A stretch of DNA of 64,000 bases from Solirubrobacterales bacterium (lineage in GTDB: Bacteria > Actinomycetota > Thermoleophilia > Solirubrobacterales > 70-9). This document shows, in pieces, positions 8,225 through 16,700 of the stretch. Within the stretch, counting starts at the first letter, position 1. Every line of letters begins with the position of its first letter. The stretch is from the NCBI GenBank assembly GCA_044871225.1, contig JBIOZP010000049.1, positions 36,766 to 100,765 of the forward strand. Reading direction: 5' to 3'. The translations under genes were made by a program, and so were the position numbers. A model generated the notes under the pieces. That model was not told the DNA's origin. It saw nothing but the letters and a program-made list of their open reading frames with translations, and did no database searches.

Positions 8225-10572
8225 CAGCCGGACACGGTCTCCGTCGCCTCGCCCGGGCGCGGCGAGAGCTGCACCGGCGCCGCGCTCAGCGCGCGCAGGC
8301 GCATGTCCGACCACGTCAGGCCCTCCCGGACCAGCGCGGGGAGCCCCAGGGCCACGGCGGTCGCGATCTCGACCGCCTGCAGGATCACGCCGTAGGCCAG
8401 CGCGTCCGCGGCGCCGACGCCGAAGCCGGTGGTCAGCACGCTGATGACCGCGAGCTGGAAGACCCCGATGTTCGATGGAGTGGCCGGCACGACGGCGGTG
8501 ACGTTGACGGCGAACAGAACCGCGGCGGCGGCCCCGATGCCGAGGTGCCCGTGCAGGCCGAGGGCCTGAAACAGCGCGGCGCACGCCAGGAGCTGGATGC
8601 CCCAGGCGCCGAGCTGGGTGGCGGCGGCGACCGAGCCTCGCCGGGGATCGCGGAACACGCGAAGGCCCGTGCGCACGCGAACCAGCGCCTCGCGGGCAGC
8701 TCCTACGACGCGGGCCAAGCGGCCCGACCCGTTCTGTCGCACGACCACGGGCGCCAGGACCACGGCCACCAGGAGCACCAGCGGCGCCAGGCTGAACACG
8801 AACAGGCGCTGGGAGCTCGAATGGAACAGGTCCGTGGTCGCGACGATGATCACCCCGAGGAGGACGAGCGCGAGGATGTTCAGGGCCGTCTGGGAGACCA
8901 GGGTGCCGAGGAGCACCGGGAAGGTCTCGCGCATGCGCCCGGTGCGCCTGGAGAGCACCATGGCGCGCGCCGGCTCTCCGAGCCGCGCCGGTAGCGTGGC
9001 CGACATCAGCACCCCGATCATCGTGGCCGAGGTCACGTCACGGCGCCGAAGAGGGCTGCGCGGCAGCGCGGCGCGCGCGATCGCATACCACGACGCCGCG
9101 CGGAGCAGCATGGAGGCCATCATCAATCCGGTCGCGATCAGCACCCAGCCGGCATCCGAGCGAACGACGCTCGAGACCACGCTCTGAACCCCGATCCTCT
9201 GGGCGGCGAGGGCCGTCAGCCCGGCGCCGAGGAGTCCCGCGATCCCGAGGCCGATGCGCCTGGCGACCCGGTGCCGCGCCACCGCCTGGGCGGGCGCGGG
9301 ATCGGGCGAGGGAAGGCGCTTCGGCGGGCGGCGAGGGCCGCCGTCGATCGGCTCCAAGCCGGTGCGCCGCGCCAGGTGCCGCGCGGTCGAGGCGGGGTCG
9401 GGCGCGTCCTGCACCTCTCGATAGACCTGCTCCACCTCCTGGGCCACGCGGGGCCACGCGTAACGCGTGGCCGTCTCGCGCGCGGCGCGGCCCATCGCGT
9501 CGCGCCGCGCGGGATCGAGGTAGACCCGCTGCAGCTCCTCGGCCAGCCGCTGAGGGTCGGCGGGAGGGACGAGCACTCCGTCCGTCCCGTCCGTGACCAC
9601 GTCGGAATAACCGGCGATCGCCGAGGCGATCACGGGGGTGCCGGCGGCGAACGCCTCGGTCAGCACCATGCCGAAGCTCTCCCCCGCCAGGGACGGGGCG
9701 CACAGCACGTCGGCCTCGTGCAGGTGGCGCCAGAGCTCGTCGCCGTCGACCGAGCCGAGAGCATGGATGCGCGACTCCGCCGCCGGATCGGCGAGATAGC
9801 GCTGCACGTCGTCGCGATCGGCCCCGATCACGGTGAGCCGGGCGGGAGCGTGCTCGGCCAGGCCCTCGAAGGCCTGCACCAGGACCGGCAGGCCCTTCCG
9901 CTCCTCCGGCCTGCCCACGAACAGCACCCTGAACTCGTCGGAGCGCGGCTTCGGCTGAAGGGGCGGCGCGTCAACGTCGACCCCGTTGGGGATCACGCGG
10001 TACTCGCCGCCGAACCACCGCTTGCCCGTCCAGGCGGCGGCCTCCGAGACGGCGATCCGGGCGTGAAGCTGGTTGAACTTGCGGCGTGCCCCCAGCAGGG
10101 TGGCGATGCGGTTCGGCATCGCCTTGGTCGAGTAGGCGTGGAACGTGCCGACCACGGGGGCGCCGGCGAACGAGCACGCGTCCCAGCCCAGCGCCGGGGC
10201 AGGAGGCTCGTGGACGTGGACCACGTCGAAGCCGCCGGCACGAAGCTCGCGCCGCATCGTCGCCACGGCGCCGGGCAGGACCGAGAGGTTGGAGACGGCG
10301 CCGTTCGCGCCAATCCCCACCGTCCGACCGAGCGGGATCAGGTAGTCGGGGCGGGTTCGGCGCTCGGCGTCCGCGCGATGCAGGGCCCGGCTGAGCCGGT
10401 CGGGCGGGTCCCACGGCGCCAGCACGCGGACCTCGTGCCGGCGGTCGATGAGTGCCTCGGCCAGCGCCTCCACGTGGCGGTTGACCCCTCCCGCGTAGGT
10501 CCACGAGTAGGGCGACACGATCGCGATTCGAAGCGACGGGGTTCCGGTGGCGCTCGAGTGGGTCGGTGTCAC
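8224..10572 (-). CDS. GT4 glycosyltransferase fused to a UPF0104/lysyl-PG-synthase-TM (flippase-like) membrane domain
   Basis: GT-B/GT4 motifs: LRIAIVSPYSWTYAGGVNRHV, FVGRPEERKGL and APSLAGESFGMVLTEAFAAGTPVIAS. This is followed by a multi-TM domain containing LPARLGEPARAMVLSRR. The stop overlaps the metE ATG by 1 nt (TGATG). The start is uncertain: GTG 10572 is favoured because codon GC3 collapses upstream, with ATG 10689 as the alternative. Confidence 0.75.
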   Translation of the reverse strand: MTPTHSSATGTPSLRIAIVSPYSWTYAGGVNRHVEALAEALIDRRHEVRVLAPWDPPDRLSRALHRADAERRTRPDYLIPLGRTVGIGANGAVSNLSVLPGAVATMRRELRAGGFDVVHVHEPPAPALGWDACSFAGAPVVGTFHAYSTKAMPNRIATLLGARRKFNQLHARIAVSEAAAWTGKRWFGGEYRVIPNGVDVDAPPLQPKPRSDEFRVLFVGRPEERKGLPVLVQAFEGLAEHAPARLTVIGADRDDVQRYLADPAAESRIHALGSVDGDELWRHLHEADVLCAPSLAGESFGMVLTEAFAAGTPVIASAIAGYSDVVTDGTDGVLVPPADPQRLAEELQRVYLDPARRDAMGRAARETATRYAWPRVAQEVEQVYREVQDAPDPASTARHLARRTGLEPIDGGPRRPPKRLPSPDPAPAQAVARHRVARRIGLGIAGLLGAGLTALAAQRIGVQSVVSSVVRSDAGWVLIATGLMMASMLLRAASWYAIARAALPRSPLRRRDVTSATMIGVLMSATLPARLGEPARAMVLSRRTGRMRETFPVLLGTLVSQTALNILALVLLGVIIVATTDLFHSSSQRLFVFSLAPLVLLVAVVLAPVVVRQNGSGRLARVVGAAREALVRVRTGLRVFRDPRRGSVAAATQLGAWGIQLLACAALFQALGLHGHLGIGAAAAVLFAVNVTAVVPATPSNIGVFQLAVISVLTTGFGVGAADALAYGVILQAVEIATAVALGLPALVREGLTWSDMRLRALSAAPVQLSPRPGEATETVSG

Positions 10573-10694
10573 GGTTTGCCTGCTGTTACGGGCAATTGGG
10601 TGCCCCGGGGGGGTCGCGGACGAGCGGGGATCATGCCGGGTCGTGGTCGATGGATGGCCAGCCTGAACGGGCACGACAACGGCGATCATCCAGG

Positions 10695-12587
10695 TTACCG
10701 GACGGGCTCCCGGATGGCAGGAAACTCCGCCGTCTCCGCGGCCGTTGCCCAGGCGAGGCCGGCGGTGACGGCGAGAAGCGCCGTGCCGATCATCAGAACG
10801 AGCGCTCCGGAGTCGTTGGCCAGCGTCCCGGCGAGCGTGGCGGCCCCCGCGCCCAGGAACCCGGCCCACGCGAAGCGCCGATTCCCGAACCACGCCTCGA
10901 TCCGGCGCCGCTGCCAAATTCCGGCGGCGATCGCCAGCGCGGCCGCCCAGAGCAGCGGCGTCGCCGCGTAGCGGTCGAAGTTCGCAGCCGAGAGCCGAAC
11001 CCGGCGCTCGACCACGTCGCCGAGCTGGTCCAGCCCGCCGGCCCGCAGGACTGAGCGCGACAGGTGGGCGTCGCCGCCCAGCAGCAGGTCGGCCGCCGCG
11101 AGCGCCGCCAGGGCGGCGATCGGGGCCGCGATCGCCACGAGCAGGCGGCGCCGCGCCCCGCCAATGCAGATCGCGATCGCCGCGGCGGCTCCGACGGGGA
11201 TCGAGATCGCCGCGCCGACGTCGGCGCCGAATCTTCCCGGAGCGAACGCGCCCACCGCGACCAGGGCCGCGAGCGCGAACGCGATCGCGGCGCGCCGTGG
11301 CGTGATGCTCGCGGGCCAGGCGGCCAGCGCGGCGCCGGTCGCGATCGGGACCAGGGCGGCGAGGGTGGCCTCGAGCTCGTTGCCGATGCCGAAGAAGCGC
11401 ACGCCGCCCACGGGGTTGGGCCCCATCAGCGACAGCTCGGTGAGGCTCGATCCGGCGACGACGTCCGCCGCATAGGCGACCACGGTGACCGCCCCAGCGA
11501 TCGCCAGCGCCCCCCATTCGGAGGCCAAGCGCAGGGTCGCGAGCGCCAGGGCTGGCGAGCCGAGCGCCGCGATCAGCCACTCGGCGAGCTCGCTTGGATC
11601 GAGGGCGGCGGTGAGCAGCAGCACCGCCGGCAGGTAGGCCAGCGTCACGGCCAGCAGGGGCAACCCCGCCCTGAGGCCGCGGACTCCGAAGGCCGCCCCG
11701 GCGAGCGCCGCCAGACCGGCCCAGATCGCGAGCGTGGCGCCGATGACGGCGTCGCGTCGCGGGCCCACCGCCGCCAGGCGGTCGCCCAGGTCTGCGACGT
11801 AGGAGGGGTCGGCCGCCCCGTCGGAGCGGATCGGCTCGCCCGAAACCTCGTCCGGAACCGGAAGGCGAAGATGCTCGAGGACCGTCGGTGCGATGTCGGT
11901 GGAGAGGACGAAGCCCCGCATGCGCGTCGAGTCCGAGGTCAGGGTGCCGCCGAGGCCGGCTCCCGCGGCGCCGATCGCGAGGGCGCGGTTCGAGACAGGC
12001 GGAGGGCGCCCGAGCGCGATCACCAGATCGCCCGCGCGCAGCCCGCCCACCAGGGCGTTCAAACCGTCGAGAGCCAGGGCCCTGACGGCCACGCGTGGGC
12101 AGGGGTCCGAGCGGCAGGTGACGCGGGGTATCGCTCCGGCCTCGTCCACCAGGATCGCGCCGCCCTGGCCGGTTGGAGGGTCGGCTCGCACGGCAGCGCC
12201 AGCTCGGCCCAGGCTCGTCCCCATGAGGCCCGGGCGCAGGTCCGCGGGCGCGTCCGCGGCGCGCTCGCGGATCTGCCTCCAGGCCGCCGCCGGCACGTGC
12301 GGCGGCAGGAGGCCGGAACCGGGATCCAGTCGCAAGGGGGGAACCGGGCTCCCGTAGAGCGAGGGGTTGGTCCGCGCCCCCTGGCCGACGTCGATCAAGG
12401 TCTGGGCCGGCGGCACCTCCCCGATCCCGGCGCTCACCAGCCCCACCCCCATGCCGAGGCTGGCGAGCTGCTGCGGCGTCGTCCCCCGCGGGACGATCGC
12501 GATCGTGATCCGCGGGGAGTCATGACCGGGGGGGCGGGCGGGCCTGGCGGCGAGGGCATCTCCATGTTGTCGTGACAGCCCTGTCAT
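10695..12587 (-). CDS. large polytopic membrane protein of unknown function (soluble N-terminal domain plus at least 10 TM helices)
   Basis: Long high-GC3 ORF with an Ala/Leu/Gly-rich helix-dense C-terminal half. STDIAPTVLEHLRLPVP weakly recalls alkaline-phosphatase-superfamily domains. Start is uncertain: ATG 12587 is favoured by GC3, while 12671 or 12713 would add a signal-like peptide but overlap hemQ. Confidence 0.6.
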   Translation of the reverse strand: MTGLSRQHGDALAARPARPPGHDSPRITIAIVPRGTTPQQLASLGMGVGLVSAGIGEVPPAQTLIDVGQGARTNPSLYGSPVPPLRLDPGSGLLPPHVPAAAWRQIRERAADAPADLRPGLMGTSLGRAGAAVRADPPTGQGGAILVDEAGAIPRVTCRSDPCPRVAVRALALDGLNALVGGLRAGDLVIALGRPPPVSNRALAIGAAGAGLGGTLTSDSTRMRGFVLSTDIAPTVLEHLRLPVPDEVSGEPIRSDGAADPSYVADLGDRLAAVGPRRDAVIGATLAIWAGLAALAGAAFGVRGLRAGLPLLAVTLAYLPAVLLLTAALDPSELAEWLIAALGSPALALATLRLASEWGALAIAGAVTVVAYAADVVAGSSLTELSLMGPNPVGGVRFFGIGNELEATLAALVPIATGAALAAWPASITPRRAAIAFALAALVAVGAFAPGRFGADVGAAISIPVGAAAAIAICIGGARRRLLVAIAAPIAALAALAAADLLLGGDAHLSRSVLRAGGLDQLGDVVERRVRLSAANFDRYAATPLLWAAALAIAAGIWQRRRIEAWFGNRRFAWAGFLGAGAATLAGTLANDSGALVLMIGTALLAVTAGLAWATAAETAEFPAIREPVR

Positions 12588-12593
12588 GACAAC
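12566..12593. promoter_or_regulatory. 28-nt near-perfect palindrome in the hemQ / membrane-protein divergent region (candidate operator)
   Basis: GTTGTC-G-TGACAG-CC-CTGTCA-T-GACAAC. It lies in a stretch where codon GC3 drops on both strands. Confidence 0.4.
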
Positions 12594-12669
12594 TGGAGCG
12601 GCCTTCGCGTCCGGTTTGCCCGCCCCCAGCGTTCCGGTGAGCGCAAGGACAACCACTACCATCGCCGCC

Positions 12670-13380
12670 ATGGCCGATCGCGACCGAACGTTCGCCAAGT
12701 TCACCTTCTTCAAGCTCGATCCCGCCTGGCAGCGCCGCGACGCGGAGGCGCGGGCGGAGGATAAACGGGAGTTCCTCGCGGCCTGCGAGGACTTCGCCCA
12801 GGACCGGTCGCTGCGCGCCTACTCGACCGTCGGGACCCGCGGCGACACCGATCTCCTGCTCCTGACCCAAAGCCCGGTGCTGGAGGACCTGCACACCTTC
12901 CACGTCGTCCTGGCGCAGAGCGGGTTGGCGAAGTGGACGTCCATCCCCCACTCCTATCTCGCCATGACCAAGCGCTCTCCGTACTCGGAGTCGGAGGCGC
13001 GGCCGGAGATCTGCACCTCGGAGCGGCGCTACCTCTTCGTGTATCCGTTCGACAAGAAGCGCGAGTGGTACCGGCTGTCGGCCTCGGAGCGGCAGCGGAT
13101 CATGGACGGGCACATCGCGGTGGGCCGACGGTATCCCGAGATCACCATCAACACCGCCTACTCGTTCGGCCTCGACGATCAGGAGTTCGTGGTCAGCTTC
13201 GAAGCCGACGAACCGGGGCAGTTCCTCGACCTGGTGCAGGAGCTGCGCGGCACTGAGTCGAGCTCCTACACCCTGCGGGACACCCCCATCTTCACGTGCG
13301 TCGCGATGTCGGTGGGACGGGCCCTGGACGCGCTCGACGGGGCCGTTACCACCCGGGGAGCCGTGGCGGCGCTCTCCTAG
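12670..13380 (+). CDS. chdC: coproheme decarboxylase (chlorite dismutase family, HemQ/ChdC)
   Basis: From ATG 12670 (MADRDRTFAKFTFFKLDPAW), 236 aa. Family motifs are YLFVYPFDKKREWYRLS, ERQRIMDGHIAVGRRY and FVVSFEADEPGQFLDLVQELR. The track start at 12586 lies in low-GC3 sequence. Confidence 0.85.
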   Translation: MADRDRTFAKFTFFKLDPAWQRRDAEARAEDKREFLAACEDFAQDRSLRAYSTVGTRGDTDLLLLTQSPVLEDLHTFHVVLAQSGLAKWTSIPHSYLAMTKRSPYSESEARPEICTSERRYLFVYPFDKKREWYRLSASERQRIMDGHIAVGRRYPEITINTAYSFGLDDQEFVVSFEADEPGQFLDLVQELRGTESSSYTLRDTPIFTCVAMSVGRALDALDGAVTTRGAVAALS

Positions 13381-13413
13381 TGGTCGCGCTCACGCCGTAG
13401 TCTTCCCGGCTTC

Positions 13414-14826
13414 ATGAGCGAGCAACCAGGCACGGCGAACAACCCGCTGCGCGTGGCGATCGTCGGCTCCGGTCCGGCGGGGTTCTATGCAGCCGAGCAC
13501 CTCCTGAAGCAGGACCGGGCGATCGAGGTCGACGTCTTCGACCGCCTGCCCACCCCATTCGGCCTCGTGCGCGCCGGCGTGGCGCCGGACCACCCGAAGA
13601 TCAAGTCCGTGATCCGCGTGTACGAGAAGACGGCCGCCCGCGAGGGCTTTCGCTTCTTCGGCAACGTCGAGGTCGGGCGGGAGGTGAGCGCCACCGAGCT
13701 CGCCGACCGCTACCACGCCGTGATCCACGCGTATGGATCCCCGACCGACCGCCACCTGGGCATCCCGGGCGAGGACCTCCCCGGCAGCCACGCGGCCACC
13801 GCATTCGTCGCCTGGTACAACGGCCACCCGGACTTCGCCGACCGCCAGTTCGACCTCTCGTGCGAGCGCGCCGTAGTGATCGGCAACGGCAACGTCGCCA
13901 CCGACCTGGCGCGCATGCTCGCCCTCACCCGGGACGAGCTCGAGGTCACCGACACCGCGGACCACGCGATCGAAGCGCTCGGGGAGAGCCGGATCCGGGA
14001 GATCGTCGTGCTCGGGCGCCGCGGCCCGGCGCAGGCCGCGTTCACGAACCCGGAGCTCCGCGAGCTGGGCGAGGTAGCCGACGCGGACATCGACGTCGAC
14101 CCGGCGGACGTGCAGCTTGACGAGCTGAGCCGCGACTACCTCGCGTCCGAGGAGGCGGACATCACGACGCGCAAGAACGTCGAGATCGTCACCGAGTTCT
14201 CCCGGCGCCGGCCCGAGGGAAAGCGAAGGCGCATCGCGCTGCGGTTCCTGCGCTCCCCGATCGAGATCCAAGGGGACGGCAAGGTGGAGCGGCTGGTCGT
14301 GGGGCGAAACGAGCTCCACCGCGACGAGTCGGGGGCGATCCGGGCCCGTGACACGGGCGAGCGCGAGACGATCGAGTGCGGGCTCGTGTTCCGCTCGATC
14401 GGCTACAAGGGCGTCGCGATGGACGGGGTTCCGTTCGACGAGCGTCGCTGCGTGATCCCGAACGACGAAGGAAAGGTGGTCGATCCCGGGACCGCAGAGC
14501 AGGTCCCCGGCCAGTACGCGGTCGGCTGGATCAAGCGCGGGCCCTCCGGGGTGATCGGCACCAACAAGAAGGACGCCCAGGAGACCGTGGACCACCTCCT
14601 GGCCGACCTCGAAGCCGGCCATTTGCCCGCCGACGCCGCCGACGCCGCGGCGATCGACGGCTGGCTTGCGGAGCGGGCGCCGGAGCACGTCACGTACGGG
14701 GGTTGGACGGCGATCGATCGCGCCGAGTGCGAGCGGGGCAGGCCACTCGGCCGGCCCAGGGTGAAGTTCTGCCGCGTCGACGAGATGCTCGAGGTCGCGC
14801 GCAGCGGCGACCCGGTCGCAAGCTGA
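13414..14826 (+). CDS. fprA: ferredoxin-NADP+ reductase, adrenodoxin-reductase type (FprA-like)
   Basis: 470 aa. FAD motif VAIVGSGPAGFYAAEHLL and NADP motif AVVIGNGNVATDLARML, plus GWIKRGPSGVIGTNK. Confidence 0.85.
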   Translation: MSEQPGTANNPLRVAIVGSGPAGFYAAEHLLKQDRAIEVDVFDRLPTPFGLVRAGVAPDHPKIKSVIRVYEKTAAREGFRFFGNVEVGREVSATELADRYHAVIHAYGSPTDRHLGIPGEDLPGSHAATAFVAWYNGHPDFADRQFDLSCERAVVIGNGNVATDLARMLALTRDELEVTDTADHAIEALGESRIREIVVLGRRGPAQAAFTNPELRELGEVADADIDVDPADVQLDELSRDYLASEEADITTRKNVEIVTEFSRRRPEGKRRRIALRFLRSPIEIQGDGKVERLVVGRNELHRDESGAIRARDTGERETIECGLVFRSIGYKGVAMDGVPFDERRCVIPNDEGKVVDPGTAEQVPGQYAVGWIKRGPSGVIGTNKKDAQETVDHLLADLEAGHLPADAADAAAIDGWLAERAPEHVTYGGWTAIDRAECERGRPLGRPRVKFCRVDEMLEVARSGDPVAS

Positions 14827-14882
14827 TGCCGGGCCTCCCGGCGACAGTAGCGTCTCCGTGCCCTTCCGCCTCCAGCTAGCGC

Positions 14883-15122
14883 ATGGCCGACCTGGCGGAG
14901 ATCAAGCGAATGATCGAGGAGGCGCTCCCGGGGGCGGAGGTCGAGGTGATCGACGAGACCGGCGCCGGGGATCATCTGCGGGCGAGCGTGCGGGCACCCC
15001 AGTTCGAAGGCAAGAGCAGGATCGACCAGCATCGGCTGGTGCGGGCGGCGGTCCAGCCCCGCATGGACGACGGGTCCATCCACGCCCTGTCGATCAAGAC
15101 CGAGCCGGTTTCACCGGCCTGA
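14883..15122 (+). CDS. BolA family protein
   Basis: 79 aa. BolA-like pattern: VEVIDETGAGDHLRASVRAPQFEGKSRIDQHRLV...IHALSIKT. Confidence 0.8.
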   Translation: MADLAEIKRMIEEALPGAEVEVIDETGAGDHLRASVRAPQFEGKSRIDQHRLVRAAVQPRMDDGSIHALSIKTEPVSPA

Positions 15123-15189
15123 CGACGGCCGCACCGCCGTCGCGGGCCAGCCCGTCGAGGCCGGCGAGCCGACGCGCTAAGGTGCGGGC

Positions 15190-15585
15190 ATGCCTGCGAA
15201 TCCGGACTTGAAGCAGAAGGTCCAGGAGCTGCTGGGGTCGAACCAGGTGCTCCTGTTCATGAAGGGCACCCCCGACATGCCCCGCTGCGGGTTCTCGATG
15301 CGGGTGGTGGGAGTGCTGGAGCAGCTCGGCGTGGAGTACGGCGCCATCGACGTCCTGCCCCTGCTGGATCCGCTGCGCGAGGTGACCGGCGAGCTCGCGG
15401 ACTGGCGCACGTTCCCGCAGCTCTACGTGAACGGCGAGCTGGTGGGCGGCTGCGACATCGTCGAGGAGATGTTCGAGTCCGGCGAGCTGGCCGAGCTGGT
15501 CGGGGCCGAGCAGCCGGAGGACGCCCAGGTCGCGCCCGCGGCGCCCACGGACCCGCACCAGAGCCCGCCGATGCAGCTCGGCTGA
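15190..15585 (+). CDS. grxD: monothiol (CGFS-type) glutaredoxin, Grx4 family
   Basis: 131 aa. Motif VLLFMKGTPDMPRCGFS and conserved WRTFPQLYVNGELVGGCDI. Carries an acidic/Pro-rich C-terminal tail. Confidence 0.9.
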   Translation: MPANPDLKQKVQELLGSNQVLLFMKGTPDMPRCGFSMRVVGVLEQLGVEYGAIDVLPLLDPLREVTGELADWRTFPQLYVNGELVGGCDIVEEMFESGELAELVGAEQPEDAQVAPAAPTDPHQSPPMQLG

Positions 15586-15613
15586 GCGGCGCCCCGGTCG
15601 ACCCCCGCCGGAT

Positions 15614-15808
15614 TCAGTTTCTGCAGTCGGTGAGGAGCGCTCGCACGGTTCGCGCGACGTCCTCCGGCGCGTTGACCACCTGCGTCCAGGTGAACCGCAC
15701 CACCCGCCAGCCGGCCATCGCCAGGCGCTGATCGCGGCGCCGATCGCGCTCGAATGCCAGGCGCGTGCCGTGGGTCGCGTGGGTCCCGGCCGAAGCGTGG
15801 ACGAACAA
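15614..15808 (-). pseudogene. C-terminal remnant of a DUF559 (Vsr-like endonuclease fold) protein
   Basis: A 64-aa ORF ends ...RDRRRDQRLAMAGWRVVRFTWTQVVNAPEDVARTVRALL, which is the typical C-terminus of much longer DUF559 proteins as I recall them. No N-terminal part exists, because the IscA-type gene begins 85 nt upstream. Confidence 0.55.
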
Positions 15809-15892
15809 GGCGTGGAAGGCGCTGAAGGCGCGCGCGAGTGACGCGAAAGGTCGCGGAGCCGGCTAGCTGTGGGGGTGCGTGCCGGCTGCGCG

Positions 15893-16264
15893 CTAGACGG
15901 TTGCGCCCTCGGCCGCGTCTTCGCGGACCTGGAAGGACGAGCCGCACCCGCAGGCGGCGACCACGTTCGGGTTGTTGACCACGAACCCGGCGCCCTGGAG
16001 GCCGTCCACGTAGTCGACCTGGGAGCCGAACACGAACTGCATGCTCACCTTGTCGACGACCACTGAGACGCCCTGGTGCTCGAAGACGTGATCGTCGGCC
16101 TTGGCCTCGTCGAGGGCCAGGGCGTACTGGAAGCCGGAGCATCCGCCACCGCGGACCGCGACCCGAAGGGCCTGCTCGTCGGCGTTGCCGTTCGCGGACA
16201 GGAGCTCCTTGACCTTGCCGGCGGCCTTGTCTGTGAGCTGGACTGCTTCTTGAGGCGTTTCCAT
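15893..16264 (-). CDS. iron-sulfur cluster insertion/assembly A-type carrier (HesB/IscA/ErpA family)
   Basis: 123 aa from ATG 16264 (METPQEAVQLTDKAAGKVKELL). Contains LRVAVRGGGCSGFQY and the C-terminal Cys motif ACGCGSSF. Confidence 0.9.
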   Translation of the reverse strand: METPQEAVQLTDKAAGKVKELLSANGNADEQALRVAVRGGGCSGFQYALALDEAKADDHVFEHQGVSVVVDKVSMQFVFGSQVDYVDGLQGAGFVVNNPNVVAACGCGSSFQVREDAAEGATV

Positions 16265-16391
16265 CGCTTCAGATTCTAGAGGGCGGCGCAACGGCAGCCC
16301 GATCCAGGCGCCACGAGCCTGCACGCCCCCGCGCCGGCCGCGCGCGGATGGATGGCGGGGGACCGGCTGCGGGCCGTCGCCATGGCCGTCG

Positions 16392-16700
16392 TCACTGCTG
16401 CGAATCAGCCTCCTCGGTGCCGCTTTGCTCCTCCTCGCCGGCCCTCCGTGGGTGCTTCCACTCGAGGTACTCGATGATCCGCTTCGAGTCGTGGACGATC
16501 TCGTCGCCGTCCACCAGGACCGGGACTCGCCGCTGCCCCGTCAGCTCCTCGATCTCGGGCCTGCCCGCGCGGCGGTAAGGGACGCGCTCCGTCTCGTGGT
16601 CGAGCCCGAGCTTCGCCAGCCTTCGCGCCACGGCCCCGCACGGACACAGCACGTTGGTGGGCGTGGGACAGCGGTAGAGGACGAGCCGGTCCGGGGTCAT
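16392..16700 (-). CDS. glutaredoxin-like / GST N-terminal (thioredoxin-fold) protein
   Basis: 102 aa from ATG 16700 (MTPDRLVLYRCPTPTNVLCPCG...RRVPVLVDGDEIVHDSKRIIEYL). ATGA overlap with the upstream epimerase stop. Confidence 0.65.
   Translation of the reverse strand: MTPDRLVLYRCPTPTNVLCPCGAVARRLAKLGLDHETERVPYRRAGRPEIEELTGQRRVPVLVDGDEIVHDSKRIIEYLEWKHPRRAGEEEQSGTEEADSQQ

Noticed and set aside
8225-8400. A cobalamin or SAM riboswitch upstream of metE.
   Set aside because: The metE ATG overlaps the stop codon of the upstream coding gene, leaving no leader in which a riboswitch could fold.
8225-8584. 120-aa N-terminal extension of the metE ORF (892-aa version).
   Set aside because: The extension is Arg-rich nonsense that overlaps the 3' end of the upstream GT4-flippase gene. 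The canonical MetE N-terminus MALSNVAGFPRIGAQRELKF starts at 8224.
10690-11580. Long N-terminal extension of the GT4 fusion ORF (1118-aa version).
   Set aside because: It overlaps the C-terminal TM region of the upstream membrane-protein gene in another frame and is Arg/Gly-rich low-complexity sequence.
12588-12713. Signal-peptide-like start MKKVNLANVRSRSAMAAMVVVVLALTG for the large membrane protein.
   Set aside because: Codons here frequently end in A/T, unlike genuine coding sequence in this window, and the segment would overlap the hemQ start (12670). I keep it only as an alternative start.
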